Positions 63,376 to 64,000 of a stretch of DNA of 64,000 nt are shown here, in pieces. A model generated the notes under the pieces. That model was not told the DNA's origin, ran no database searches, and was given only the letters and a program-made list of their open reading frames with translations. The translations under genes were made by a program, and so were the position numbers. Source of the stretch: Octopus bimaculoides (Eukaryota); assembly GCF_001194135.2 (NCBI RefSeq), contig NC_068998.1, positions 10,060,750 through 10,124,749 of the forward strand. Reading direction: 5' to 3'. Positions within the stretch are counted from its first letter, which is position 1. Every line of letters begins with the position of its first letter.

Positions 63376-63445
63376 GGATCTATTTTAAAACGAGGGCCAC
63401 ATTTTTCATTAATGTTTTACGTAGTGTTTTTGATACAATTTTACA
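63376..63445. mobile_element. Diverged left end related to the 19360-20011 element
   Basis: ggatctattttaaaacgagggccacatttttcattaatgttttacgtagtgtttttg resembles 19360-19420. Confidence 0.6.
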
Positions 63446-63575
63446 CACGCGCGCGCGCATATACACCATACTTACACACAAAAGTGCATGCATACAACAC
63501 ATACACATTTGCATACACCATACACAAACGCGCACACATACTATACAAACATTCGCATACACATGATATCCATAC

Positions 63576-63634
<59 letters not shown>

Positions 63635-64000
63635 ATACACACACACACACACACACACAGTTGCATGCTCACCATTCACACACACACAAATACATACATT
63701 CACACACACAAACAGACATGCACCGTCAGAAAATAGCCACAACACCAAACACTTAATTAGCTCCCCAACACAGACAACCAACAATAAACTAGAAACGAAG
63801 ATCAGCTGTCGCCTTTCTGAGTCCATCTTGTCCGCTACCGTTGAGACAACCTCTACGTAGGCGCAGAAATAGACCTAACCGTGCCTGAACTGAGTGCAGC
63901 ATGTTCATAATGTCTGCACTGTACTTTGTTCATACGAATCTCAACAACGTATCTGAGTGTGCCGTGTTACTCTCATTCGAGCGTAACGCATAGTATAACG

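Noticed and set aside
1-64000. CRISPR arrays, operons or other prokaryotic systems
   Set aside because: The recurring sequences are dispersed SINEs and microsatellites, not regularly spaced repeat-spacer units; the DNA is clearly eukaryotic.

Overview
AT-rich, repeat-dense animal genomic DNA from a short-read assembly, with about 8.7 kb in 19 N-gaps, mostly abutting microsatellites. The SINE families look like those of octopus, so the source is probably an Octopus scaffold (inference from repeat content). No long ORF in the supplied track is a host gene: they are N-gaps, microsatellites or transposon fragments. The window holds several tRNA-derived SINE families (one with a recurring dimer), two RTE LINE fragments, an R4/Dong-type LINE 3' end, a decayed DD37D Tc1/mariner, MITEs with 8-bp TSDs and telomere-like repeats, and long palindromes. 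Three signals the ORF track misses: (1) type I hammerhead-ribozyme folds in short microsatellite-flanked, Penelope-like repeats, two of them sharing an unusual CCGAYGA core; (2) a chain of phase-compatible 27-53 nt candidate exons on the + strand that splice into a charged, protein-like peptide; (3) a hairpin with pri-miRNA geometry and a correctly spaced CNNC motif at 54351-54429. All three come from reading the sequence by eye and need RNA data or cleavage assays.
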